DNA of 63,556 nt, filler included, from an uncultured Methanosarcinales archaeon (GTDB taxonomy: Archaea > Nanobdellota > Nanobdellia > Woesearchaeales > CAYNLP01), in the NCBI GenBank assembly GCA_964398115.1. It is 3 parts of 3 records of this genome, joined end to end, with 100 filler letters (N's around TTAATTAATTAA, not from the genome) between each part and the next. Parts side by side here need not be neighbours in the genome. Positions count along the whole stretch, not along the records: positions 26,695 to 52,547 come from CAYNLP010000013.1; positions 52,648 to 63,556 come from CAYNLP010000027.1; 1 more part is not named here. One strand, 5' to 3'. Below the pieces are notes generated by a model that was not told where the DNA came from, searched no databases, and was given only the letters and a program-made list of their open reading frames with translations. This document shows positions 47,832 to 57,490 of the stretch, piece after piece. Both the position numbers and the translations under genes were made by a program. Within the stretch, counting starts at the first letter, position 1, and every line of letters starts with the position of its first letter.

Positions 47832-48032
47832 GTGGTACATAAAACATTAGAGCAACACGTTAAAGATTTATGTCAAAATAGTAATTGTCGTAAGAAAAGA
47901 AATGGTGAAGATTTAGAAAGTGCTTTCTCAGGGCCTAAACACTACGTGATTTGGGAATGCAAAGATTGTGGAAGAGAAAACTGGTTTGAAACTAAAATGA
48001 GTTCTAACGTCCGCCATATGAAAAGACCTTAA
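47832..48032 (+). CDS. Small Zn-ribbon protein
   Basis: CQNSNC...CKDCG; RBS GGAGG before GTG. Confidence 0.65.
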   Translation: MVHKTLEQHVKDLCQNSNCRKKRNGEDLESAFSGPKHYVIWECKDCGRENWFETKMSSNVRHMKRP

Positions 48033-49656
48033 CCTTCTTCCCAAATACTCAACAAAATTGCAATGATTAAGACAGTAGCTATAGCCAAACCTGTAAAAGT
48101 AAATTCTGGTATTCCAAAAATTTCTCCTTGAGGCTGACTGGATATCAATGCAGAAAATATTATTAGAGAACTAGCAATCAACCCCATTACTAAACGACTA
48201 GTTGCAACACTCACTTCCTCTGTAACGTCACGAATATCTTTATCAATCCTTTCTAACTCTTCTTCTGCTTTTTGAAAAGTTACATAAGTATCACGTCCCA
48301 TCTCCGGAACGTCTTGCAGAAACTCAACCACCCTCTCACTAGTTTTTACAAGTTCTCTTACTAGCCTTGATGGATCCATCCTTTTTTCTATCAAATAACT
48401 CACATACGGTNNNNNNNNNNAGCCACTTCGACCAGGTTAAAGTCAGGATCTAACTTTTCACAAGTACTCTCTAAAGTTGCCACGGCCTTTCCCAAAAGAA
48501 CAAAGTTCTTAGGCATACGCATATTATTCTTCCTAGCAACTTGGAATCCTTCCATTATCAAATCACTTAATTGGATTTCATGCAGAGGCACGTCATAATA
48601 TATCCCTAATGTTTCACTCAAGTCTTGTTTCAGCTCATTACGATTTACATCATGATCGATAAGGTTCAAGTGTCGGAAAGAATCAACTATCTCATCCACA
48701 TCTCTTTGTATCAAACCAATAAATAAACGACTCAGATCGTTTTTCATATCATTACTCAAACGACCTACAATTCCAAAGTCTAAAAACGCTATCTCCCCTT
48801 CAGAAACCATTATATTACTCGGATGAGGATCAGCATGGAAGTATCCGTCTTCAAAAACTTGTTTAAACATTGCATGACAAATTTTCGTCGCAATAGCGGG
48901 TCGAGGACTTCCTTCACTTATAAGCTCCTTACATTCTTTCCCCTCGACATATTCCATTACTAACAAGTCTTCTGTGGTATAATCCCAGTAAACGTCTGGT
49001 ATTTTCACATCTGTATCCGAGAAGTTACGATTAAACTTTTGCATATGATAACCTTCTTTAGTATAGTCAAGTTCTTTTTCAGTATAATCTTTGAATTCCG
49101 TTACTATCTGTCTAGGGCTGAAAACTTCCGGCTCGAAATGTTTTTCGACCTTGTTGGCTAGGTAAACAAGGATATCTATATCCGCGTGCATTTTTTCTTC
49201 TATCCCTGGCCTCCTAACCTTCACCGCGACTTCTTCTCCCGATTTTAAAACTGCTTTGTGAACTTGACCTACTGAAGCACTAGCTATAGGCTGAAGGATG
49301 AAAATGTTGAATACTTGATCAATGTCTGCTTCTAATTCACGTTCTACCACTTCTTCAACTTTTTCAGTAGAAAAGCTAGGAACACTGTCTTGAAGTTTAG
49401 AAAATTCTCTACAATACTCCGCGGGTATCAAGTCAGGTCTTAAGCTGAGAAGCTGTCCTAATTTAACAAAAGTTCCTCCCAACTCTTCCAAGAGTTTCCT
49501 AAGCCGTACTGGTGTGGGTTTTTCACTAATCTTATCGAGTTCTTTCTTCTTCAGGTTTAGGTGTTCCAATAAGAAACTCATCTCGTGTTCTACAACTTTA
49601 GAAAGTATCTCCTCGAACCTTTTTACATCCCGAAGTTTTTGAGGAGTTTCAAACAT
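48029..49656 (-). CDS. ABC1/UbiB (AarF) family atypical kinase, one gene split by the gap at 48411-48420
   Basis: KLGQLLS.RPD, ASASVGQVH, VAVKVRRP, FHADPHPSN, LDFG; C-terminal TMs in 48029-48403. Confidence 0.9.
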
Positions 49657-49689
49657 ATATCTTTTTGCCTTGCTCTGTGTATATAAATC

Positions 49690-50577
49690 TTACTTGGTTG
49701 TTATTATAGGATTGTCTTTCACTATCACGGTATGTTCTGCTTGACTGATTAATCCTTTGTCCTTGTCAACGAGTGGAGGATAGCTTTCAACAATTTCTTT
49801 GTCTCGGAGTTCTTTCATCCCAATCTTTACCGTTCCAAGACTGTTTTTCCTAGCTAACCATCTCGAAGCAAAAGGCAACCCTTGATACTTTTCAATATCT
49901 TTCAATAAGTTTCTTGNNNNNNNNNNATTCCTAACAGGTTTTTTGTTCTTCAAACTATAAACAGTTGGATGTTCGCTTTCGTAAATAACCCCTGCACCAG
50001 CACTTGCAAAAGGTTCTATAGCAACTACCATGTCTTCCTTTAATTTGAAATCCGAACCATTATTGTAATTGGGAATGTTTGGTTTTTTATGAACGACATA
50101 CCTGTCTAAGCCATGACCTGACAAGTTCCTTACAGGTGCATAATCATAACTTTCGATAACCTCTTGGATTGCACTTCCAATTTCAGAAATTTTAACTCCT
50201 ACACCTACCACGTCTAAAGCTGCGTCTAAAGCTTCCCTTGCCGCCCTCACAAGTTCATCATGATCACCAAGGTTTACCGTTACAGCACTATCCGCGATAT
50301 AACCATCTATATGAACTCCAATGTCGAGTTTTATCAAATCTCCTTCTTCACACAAGGTTTCCTCATCAACTCTAGGACATGCGTGTGCCGCTACAGCGTT
50401 TTTACTAAGTTGAGCAGGGAAAGCGATATCTCCTCCTAATTCTTCTATTTTATCTTCAACCTTGTCACAAACATCTAAAACTTTAACTCCAGGCTCTATT
50501 AATTTTTTACCATAATTCAATGATTCAGACAGGATTTCGCCTGCTTCTTCATATTTTTTTAGAATTTCCTTTTCCAT
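49690..50577 (-). CDS. map: Methionine aminopeptidase type II
   Basis: KLDIGVHIDGYIADSA, NLSGHGL, AIEPF, QAEHTV. Confidence 0.95.
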   Translation of the reverse strand: MEKEILKKYEEAGEILSESLNYGKKLIEPGVKVLDVCDKVEDKIEELGGDIAFPAQLSKNAVAAHACPRVDEETLCEEGDLIKLDIGVHIDGYIADSAVTVNLGDHDELVRAAREALDAALDVVGVGVKISEIGSAIQEVIESYDYAPVRNLSGHGLDRYVVHKKPNIPNYNNGSDFKLKEDMVVAIEPFASAGAGVIYESEHPTVYSLKNKKPVRNXXXXRNLLKDIEKYQGLPFASRWLARKNSLGTVKIGMKELRDKEIVESYPPLVDKDKGLISQAEHTVIVKDNPIITTK

Positions 50578-50617
50578 ATTATATATCTCGAGTGTTCACT
50601 TCTTTAAATGTTTTCGC

Positions 50618-51037
50618 TCACATCCAAACACTTTGTTCAATTATTAAAATATCTAGGACTAAATGTATTATTATACCAAGGACTAAGAATCCGTAAATCT
50701 CATTTATTTCTTTCATCTCTTTCTTCCTAATAACTTTATGATGGTAAAGTTGTCCCGTCACAGCTACTACAAAAATTAACATAGATATCCAATAGCCAAA
50801 GTCCGAAGTTACCCTATCTATCGCTTGATACAAAACACTTTTTTCAATACTGAACAAGTAGATAGTGCTCTGAGCTATTGCTGAAATGCCGAATTTTAAA
50901 GCATCTGGAAGAATAGCTCCGATGAAAACCGCTATAGAAAATTCTGTGCGGAAGTGCATGAAATGAACCATAAATGCTGACAACACTGCTACCAATATAT
51001 GTATTAGAGCTCCAGCCATAAACTCTTTATCTATCAA
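50618..51037 (-). CDS. Membrane protein resembling membrane-bound metal-dependent hydrolases
   Basis: H...GAILPD...HLVLD motifs in TM helices. Confidence 0.55.
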   Translation of the reverse strand: MIDKEFMAGALIHILVAVLSAFMVHFMHFRTEFSIAVFIGAILPDALKFGISAIAQSTIYLFSIEKSVLYQAIDRVTSDFGYWISMLIFVVAVTGQLYHHKVIRKKEMKEINEIYGFLVLGIIIHLVLDILIIEQSVWM

Positions 51038-51072
51038 TAATTCTTTAAATAATGACTGATAAAAAATTAGTT

Positions 51073-51744
51073 ATGAAAATAGCGGTGTTGACTGATATAC
51101 ACGGTCGAAGCTTGGATGATTTCTTGAATGAAATTTCTGACGTAGACAAAATTTATTGTCTAGGTGATTTCGACTTTGTCTCTACGATTCACGAGGTTAT
51201 GGATTTACGAAAAGACTTTGATGTTGAAGTGGTTCCGGGTAATCATGAACACGCCATCTACAAAGGAGTTCGGATAACTTCTGGTACTATGAGAGAGCAA
51301 GGGGTTACAGCGTCGGAGCTTCACACTGATTTGATGAATGATGAACGGGCCAAAGAATTCGTGGAGGATTTATTACAGCATCATAAATTGGAGGTTGAAG
51401 TTTCAGACTTTTCTACGGTAGTTATGCATGCCGCTTTGAATGGTAACTTGTGGTCGATGCCAGATGCGAAAGGGAAGGTGAGGGAATTGTGGTATAGGTT
51501 ACTCTCTAAAGAAGATCATGTTAAGAATTTTGAAGTTATGAAAGAACAGGGGTTTGAGTTGATGATTCGTGGTCATGACGCTCATAATGAATTTGCAGTA
51601 TATAAAGATGGAGAAGTGGAGATAAAGCGTGGTTCTAAGCATGAATTAAAGTCGGGGAGGCTTCAGACTGTGACTGTAGGAGATTATTATGAGGGTTATT
51701 ACGCTGTTGTAGAGGATGGTGTGGTTTCTTTCCGAGAGGTTTAA
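51073..51744 (+). CDS. Metallophosphoesterase
   Basis: TDIHG, LGD, GNHE, GHDAH. Confidence 0.85.
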   Translation: MKIAVLTDIHGRSLDDFLNEISDVDKIYCLGDFDFVSTIHEVMDLRKDFDVEVVPGNHEHAIYKGVRITSGTMREQGVTASELHTDLMNDERAKEFVEDLLQHHKLEVEVSDFSTVVMHAALNGNLWSMPDAKGKVRELWYRLLSKEDHVKNFEVMKEQGFELMIRGHDAHNEFAVYKDGEVEIKRGSKHELKSGRLQTVTVGDYYEGYYAVVEDGVVSFREV

Positions 51745-51878
51745 ATCTCTTTTAGAATTACTTGGCCTTGGGTGTTTTCTATAAATCTTAATTTGGTATT
51801 TTTATCCCAGTTTTTGTCTTTTACTAGGTCTTTGGGAAGTGTTATTCTGTATTGTCCGTTACTTTCTACGATTTTCAT
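51741..51878 (-). CDS. 45-aa AbrB/SpoVT-like DNA-binding microprotein (absent from ORF track)
   Basis: MKIVESNGQYRITLPKDLVKDKNWDKNTKLRFIENTQGQVILKEI. Confidence 0.8.
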   Translation of the reverse strand: MKIVESNGQYRITLPKDLVKDKNWDKNTKLRFIENTQGQVILKEI

Positions 51879-51880
51879 TT

Positions 51881-51924
51881 TAGTCTTTATATAGTGTTTA
51901 TATAGTACTAATTTAGTGTTTTAT
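51881..51924. repeat. Four tandem 11-bp repeats (TAGTnTTTATA) between the AbrB-like gene start and its TATA box
   Basis: tagtctttata-tagtgtttata-tagtactaatt-tagtgttttat. Confidence 0.65.
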
Positions 51925-52074
51925 ATTTAAAGGTTAGGGTGGATAAACCGAAAGATTTAAATAATAGAAATAACACTGTTTCGTTGCCGTCCATGGGGGA
52001 AGCGTCGGTTCTACACAGAGAAACCAGATAAATAGCCAGATATAAAGACAAATTCACACGAGGGTTGGTCAAAA

Positions 52075-52547
52075 ATGCAAACTAAAAACAAAGTCAAATT
52101 ATACGATTGTCCAGAATGTGGAGGTAACAGCCTCAAAATCACAGAAGATAGCGGCGAAGTCATATGCATAGATTGCGGACTCGTCGTTGAAGAAGACATG
52201 GTAGACTTCGACAAAGAATGGAGAGAAATTGAAGACGAAGCAGAAAAACGCAGAAGAACAGGTGCACCTCTAACATACACACATGCAGACAGAGGACTAG
52301 GCACTGAAGTAGGTGACAAGTCAGATCTCTACCAAATGAGCAAGAAAGACAAGAATAAGTTCTTTAGACTTAGAAAATGGCAGAGAAACGTAGCTTCAGC
52401 CATAGAGAGAAACTTACAACTAGCCTTGACAGAAATCCAAAGGTTAGTCTCTGTACTAAACCTAAGTTCAGTAGTAGAAGAAGAAGCGGCAAAGCTCTAC
52501 ACCATGGCAGCTCAAAAAGGACTAGTCAAAGGAAGAAGCACAGAAAA
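52075..52547 (+). CDS. tfb: Transcription initiation factor IIB, truncated by contig end
   Basis: CPECG...GEVICIDCGLV, EWR...RTGAP, RLRKWQ, ERNL. Confidence 0.95.
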
Positions 52548-52647
52548 NNNNNNNNNNNNNNNNNNNNNNNNNNNNNNNNNNNNNNNNNNNNTTAATTAAT
52601 TAANNNNNNNNNNNNNNNNNNNNNNNNNNNNNNNNNNNNNNNNNNNN
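52548..52647. other. Artificial contig linker
   Basis: N-run / TTAATTAATTAA / N-run. Confidence 0.95.
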
Positions 52648-53281
52648 CATCACTCATGTCCATTCCACAGTCAAGTAAAATTCTTGATTCTGGTGTCTGT
52701 AGTAAGAAGCAACTCCTTCCTACTTGTCTTCCACTCCCTAAAACGCTTAGCCTAATCCATTCTTCTTTCTTTTCTCTCAACCAACCATTGTATATCCTCT
52801 TTCCTGTCTTGTGTAGGAATTTCCTTCTATAATCACTATTTTGGTATAGCACTGCTCGAATGTTTTCTATAAGCTTGCTTCTAATAGGAGGTGTTCTTTT
52901 AACAACGGGAACCCACGTTATAGCTTCTTTAATCTCTTGCAAGGTTTCTCCTCCCTTGCCTATCGCTACTCCTGGCTTTTCAACTTCTATAATTACTGTG
53001 CTTCTTTGCGGGTCAAATATTATGTTTTCAATGCCTGCTTCTTCCCCTATTATTTCTTCTAATTCGACTTCAGCGTCTTCCTGGTCCATCGTTATTTCAG
53101 GATCAGGTCTTAACTCTATCCTTTTCTTTATTTTATCAACTACTTCGCGTATGAGTCCTCCATCGTCTAGGAAGAAGTCTTTGTCCTTGGTGTACAGAAC
53201 GATATTTGCTCCTTCAAACATTACGTCGCTTATTTTACCTTCTGGGACGTGGTTCTTAATCTCTTCAACTATTTCCGACAT
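52648..53281 (-). CDS. Beta-CASP ribonuclease aCPSF1/FttA (KH domains + start of MBL), truncated
   Basis: FEGANIVLY, KPGVAIGKGG, LGSGRQVGRSC..L.TPESRILLDCG; adjacent to psmB. Confidence 0.92.
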
Positions 53282-53332
53282 TGTATGTTCAATCCTCTAA
53301 AAAATAATTTTTTTTGTAAGAAAGTTTTTTCT

Positions 53333-53962
53333 TTATTCTACTTTGGTTTCCAACATTTTACTGAACTCTTCATGGAGTCCATCTTTGTCAATGCTGTAAA
53401 TGTCGATCCCGTTTCCGCTTGCACTGTCTCTTTCCAAAGCTGCCATTATTGCTTTCTTTGCGAGTTCGACACCTTCTTCTTTGCTCATATTTTCTTCGTA
53501 ATTGGTTTCTAAAACTCCGTATGCGAATACGCTTCCGCTACCGCTTGCTACGAAGTCATCAATTCTTGTAATGCTTCCTCCTGGGAATATGTCGTAGAGT
53601 TCTGGTTCTTCTTCTACTCCTCCAAAGAGGAAATGGCTTACGCTAGGGAATAATTGTCTAACGTTTCTATAAACCATATTGCTTAAAAGACTAGCGGCTT
53701 CCTTAACTGTGCTACCTCTCTTGCTTCTAATATTTTTGAGTTTAAGCTCTGCTTTGATAATCCTTAGCAGTTTTTGTATGTCGCTGACGCTTCCTGCAGT
53801 GGTGACAGCCATTCGGTCACCTACTGGTATGACTTTGTCTACTTCTTTGTGCACTACCATATTTCCAGCGGTAGCTCTCTTATCAGCTCCTAGTATTACA
53901 GAATCTTCACAAATAATTCCTACTGTGGTTGTTCCGGTTTTTAATTCGTCTTTTTCACTCAT
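53333..53962 (-). CDS. psmB: Proteasome beta subunit
   Basis: KTG-TTTVG, ADKRAT, GSGS, RDSASGNG. Confidence 0.95.
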   Translation of the reverse strand: MSEKDELKTGTTTVGIICEDSVILGADKRATAGNMVVHKEVDKVIPVGDRMAVTTAGSVSDIQKLLRIIKAELKLKNIRSKRGSTVKEAASLLSNMVYRNVRQLFPSVSHFLFGGVEEEPELYDIFPGGSITRIDDFVASGSGSVFAYGVLETNYEENMSKEEGVELAKKAIMAALERDSASGNGIDIYSIDKDGLHEEFSKMLETKVE

Positions 53963-54044
53963 AGGTTTTCCCCCAGAATTTCTTTTTTTACTGAGAATCT
54001 GTTAATTCACTAAAATGCGGGTTTGTTTTTAAAGGTTTCGCTTT

Positions 54045-54512
54045 TTATTGGACTGTTGTGTAAATCTCGCCTGATACGTTGTGGTCAGGCGGGTCTCCAG
54101 AGGCGTTTCTTTCAAACTTTACAACTGTAGGGATTCCATACTTTTGTCCTTCTACAAAGGTTTGACCTGCAAGTTCACAACTTATTTCTTTAATGTTACC
54201 AATCGCGACTTCTTTCGGCATGTCTGAACAATTACCAACCGCGAATTCTTGACTTCTGCTACCAGCATCGAGTATCCGTATAGCTCTTCCGTAATTATTC
54301 CTTACCTTCCATTGTATCAGCGTATCCCCTCCCTGTTTTTGGATGCGATAGTCTTCACAAATCATTTGAGGCCCGAACCAGCACCGGTCTGGTAAGAACT
54401 TGGAGGGGGTTAGGAATCCGAAATACATTAGTGCACCTACTGCTACGACTGCTGTGAGTAAAACCCACCCGTACGTGGTTAAGTATTCAAATGCTGCTTG
54501 TCCTCTTTTCAT
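54045..54512 (-). CDS. Class III signal-peptide pilin
   Basis: KRG-QAAFEYLTTYGW + hydrophobic helix; LPDRC. Confidence 0.85.
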   Translation of the reverse strand: MKRGQAAFEYLTTYGWVLLTAVVAVGALMYFGFLTPSKFLPDRCWFGPQMICEDYRIQKQGGDTLIQWKVRNNYGRAIRILDAGSRSQEFAVGNCSDMPKEVAIGNIKEISCELAGQTFVEGQKYGIPTVVKFERNASGDPPDHNVSGEIYTTVQ

Positions 54513-54976
54513 ATTACGTTAGCGTAAACTTCTCCTTCTGCATAGTGCGGGTAGCCATCCGTTTCTAGCTTATACACCAGGGTTACAAAAACTTTTTCTT
54601 TATTTCCTGACGTTAAAACTCTATCCCCTATTGAAGACGCGTCACACCCTACGTTTTTCTTATTTTGCGGCAACCACTCTCCTCCAAGGCTCGTGTTACG
54701 CACTTCCTCTTGTGCCTTGGGAAAAGTGCAAGTAACGTTTTGCAAGTAAATCGTTTCTCCCACGTTCTGATTTAACCTTAGCTTGACAGAATCACTTTGT
54801 CCATCCAGCTGGAAGTCATCACAGGAAAAATCTGTGTCGAAAGTACATCTTTCCGGTAGGAATTTATCCGGGTTTAAAACTCCAAAGTAGCTCAAGGCTC
54901 CTAGCATTATTAGTAATGCCATGAAAGCCCAACCGTAAGTGGTTAAAAATTCAAATGCTGCTTGTCCAGTTTTCAT
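54509..54976 (-). CDS. Class III signal-peptide pilin
   Basis: MKTG-QAAFEFLTTYGW; LPERC; start corrected to 54976. Confidence 0.85.
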   Translation of the reverse strand: MKTGQAAFEFLTTYGWAFMALLIMLGALSYFGVLNPDKFLPERCTFDTDFSCDDFQLDGQSDSVKLRLNQNVGETIYLQNVTCTFPKAQEEVRNTSLGGEWLPQNKKNVGCDASSIGDRVLTSGNKEKVFVTLVYKLETDGYPHYAEGEVYANVI

Positions 54977-55000
54977 CTTGATATCAAAAAATATGATAGG

Positions 55001-55045
55001 AAAAAAGAAAAAATATAGGGCTAAACCCAATCCTTTGGATTTAGC
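55001..55045 (-). terminator. Stem-loop plus U-tract between the first and second pilin genes
   Basis: Minus strand GCTAAATCCAA-AGGA-TTGGGTTTAGC followed by CCTATATTTTTCTTTTTT. Confidence 0.6.
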
Positions 55046-55068
55046 TATGTAACAACCACTTCAAAGCT

Positions 55069-55557
55069 TTATTGAAGTGTTGCGTAGACTTCACCTGAAA
55101 CTGTGTGGTTAAATCTTCCACCAATCTCTTGGTAGGTTATGGTGAAGCCAATCTTTTGTTTAGATCCCTCTGCTGGGAAGTTTCCAGTAACTTCACATGA
55201 AACCGTGGTTGATCCACTTCCTGCAAGTTGAATTGGAGCGTTTCCAACACAGGTAGTGGTACCAGTAATGGCCTCAGGGTTAGTGTCAACCGTCATACCT
55301 TGTATGTTAATAGAGTTTCCAACTTGGTTTCTCAATTGCAAACTCATATTGACATTCCCCGTGGCAGGATCTAGTTCTAACTGGTAATCTTGACATTGTA
55401 GTTCTTGCTGTAGATTACACCTTTCTGGTAGGAAGTTTTGTGGGCTTAACACACCGAAGTATGCTAGTGCGGAGATCATAATCAGTATTACTAGGAAAGC
55501 CCATCCATAGGTTGTCAGGAATTCAAGTGCTGCTTGTCCTCTTTTATCTTGACTCAC
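55069..55557 (-). CDS. Class III signal-peptide pilin (probable major pilin)
   Basis: KRG-QAALEFLTTYGW; strong RBS GAGGTGA; own upstream AT-rich promoter region. Confidence 0.85.
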   Translation of the reverse strand: MSQDKRGQAALEFLTTYGWAFLVILIMISALAYFGVLSPQNFLPERCNLQQELQCQDYQLELDPATGNVNMSLQLRNQVGNSINIQGMTVDTNPEAITGTTTCVGNAPIQLAGSGSTTVSCEVTGNFPAEGSKQKIGFTITYQEIGGRFNHTVSGEVYATLQ

Positions 55558-55640
55558 AAATAATCACCTCTAAATTGTCTAACTCTATTCGCTTTTTATG
55601 AAACCAGTTATTTATTAAGTTTTCGTTTTTTTCACCCTTG

Positions 55641-56672
55641 TTATAAGGTGGTAAATCCTGAGAATATCCCTGTCATAGCCGCGCTGAAGATTGTGAACAT
55701 GATTAAAGATGCTGAAACATAGATAGGAATGTATTTCAAACCTGTTTTGATATCGCCTTTGTCGATTATTGAAACTATCATGGATGAAAAAGTGGATATT
55801 ATGCCCAAGGCTAGGTAGGAAAAGTTTTTGAAATCAGCTGGTTCTACATTGGAACCTCCGAATTGGAAGGGGGTGCTCACACTTTGTAAACTACCGGAAA
55901 GATTTGCGGTGAAGCTGGTTATCATGGTTAAGAGTTGTTGACTGACAGCAAACAAGGCTGGTGCAATGAATATGACGATTACGCTGATGAAAATCATGTA
56001 GGTTCTAGTTGCAACTCGAAGTTCTTTTTTCAACTTTTCAGTCTTTTTCAAATTCTCTACAATGTTATCTATAACGTCTACAATACGACCTCCTCCTTCT
56101 ATCTCTCCGACGAGTAAGTCAATAGCCCTTCTTAATATAGGACTGTTATATTTCCTGCTGAACTTTCTCAAAGCGTTTTTTACATCATTTCCTGTCATAA
56201 CACTTTTACTGACAATAGTTATTTCCTTCGCTAACACTTTAAATTCGGGTTTTATAGCTGTCCATAATGATTTTTCGAAGCTCATTCCTCCTTTAAGGTT
56301 GACACTAACAAGGTTGAGATAATCTGGTAGTTTATCTTCTATTTGCTGTGTTCTCTTGTAAATTCTCAAGTAGAGGTGAAAGTATAGGATGAAAGCTAGC
56401 ATTCCAGCCACCACGGCGTGGATACTCGCCCAAGATATGAAAGTCCAGACAAAAAACAACAAGGGGTTTAAATCGTTTATTTGAGGGAATACAAGAGGTA
56501 AGTAAACGAAGTAAGTTATAGCGGCTGAAATCCAGAACATAATCCCAACCCACGTATATTTTACTTCTTCATAACCAGCTTTCAAGAAATATTCCTTAAT
56601 GTAAGGACGAGCTCTCTCCGGGATGAACGCTTTTCCAAACTTGTCCAAGTAAAAAACTTTTTGCCAATTCAT
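55641..56672 (-). CDS. TadC/GspF-family platform protein
   Basis: IEDKLPDYL.LVS.NLKGGMS.EKSL; multi-TM. Confidence 0.88.
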   Translation of the reverse strand: MNWQKVFYLDKFGKAFIPERARPYIKEYFLKAGYEEVKYTWVGIMFWISAAITYFVYLPLVFPQINDLNPLLFFVWTFISWASIHAVVAGMLAFILYFHLYLRIYKRTQQIEDKLPDYLNLVSVNLKGGMSFEKSLWTAIKPEFKVLAKEITIVSKSVMTGNDVKNALRKFSRKYNSPILRRAIDLLVGEIEGGGRIVDVIDNIVENLKKTEKLKKELRVATRTYMIFISVIVIFIAPALFAVSQQLLTMITSFTANLSGSLQSVSTPFQFGGSNVEPADFKNFSYLALGIISTFSSMIVSIIDKGDIKTGLKYIPIYVSASLIMFTIFSAAMTGIFSGFTTL

Positions 56673-57481
56673 ATATTCACGTCCGGTCTGATATGTTTAA
56701 ATATGGTTATGAAAAAGACTTCAATCATTACTAGTATGAAAGCCATAGCAACGAATGCACCGGTTCCTATATTTAATGACACTAAGCTTGCCATGACAAT
56801 CGAGAGTGCAAGGCCGAGACTGGGTAAGACGACAGCGAATAGCATGTAGAACAACGCTACCGAACTAAGCTTCTTCCCGTAATCCTCTATTTCCAAAAGT
56901 TGAGAATGTGCTATGTCATCTAATACTGACTCTAATATTTGAGTTACGTCAATACCAATATTTAAAGCATTAGTTATTTGGAATAATATCTTTTGCATTT
57001 TTTCGCTGGGACAAGTCCGCGTGGCTTTTTCCAACGCTTCCTCAACGGGAGTGCCTAGGTCAATATCTTGCACTATTTCCTGAAAGTACTGGTTTGCCAC
57101 TCCATAACTTTCGCTAGCGTCATCCAACGCTTCTATTAAACCCTTCCCAGAATTCAGCTTTACCAATAAGAATCGTCCAGCAAATAAGACGTCTTTATCA
57201 ATTTCTGCTGCTCTTTTGCTTATCTGACTATCAACTTGTTTGTAAAGCATTCCAAAAACTGCTAGATACCAAACTATAAGCGAGGCAGGTATTATTAACA
57301 GGTTGAGATCCATTTTTAGAACAAACATCGCTGTCATGACGGTTAATCCTACTGCCATGTAGGTGGCGCTTATCAATCGTTTTCTCAACCACTTTTCTGG
57401 TTCTTCATCTATCTTTGCCATACGTAGCTTTTGCGGCAAAGTTGGAAAGTATTCGTTGAGGATTCTGCTCGTAACTGTCAT
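56669..57481 (-). CDS. TadB/GspF-family platform protein
   Basis: LNSGKGL.EAL...DIDLGTPVEEAL. Confidence 0.85.
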   Translation of the reverse strand: MTVTSRILNEYFPTLPQKLRMAKIDEEPEKWLRKRLISATYMAVGLTVMTAMFVLKMDLNLLIIPASLIVWYLAVFGMLYKQVDSQISKRAAEIDKDVLFAGRFLLVKLNSGKGLIEALDDASESYGVANQYFQEIVQDIDLGTPVEEALEKATRTCPSEKMQKILFQITNALNIGIDVTQILESVLDDIAHSQLLEIEDYGKKLSSVALFYMLFAVVLPSLGLALSIVMASLVSLNIGTGAFVAMAFILVMIEVFFITIFKHIRPDVNI

Positions 57482-57490
57482 GTTCTTCTC

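Noticed and set aside
48029..48403. Separate gene or pseudogene downstream of the ABC1 kinase
   Set aside because: The split coincides with a 10-N gap; it is the kinase C-terminus
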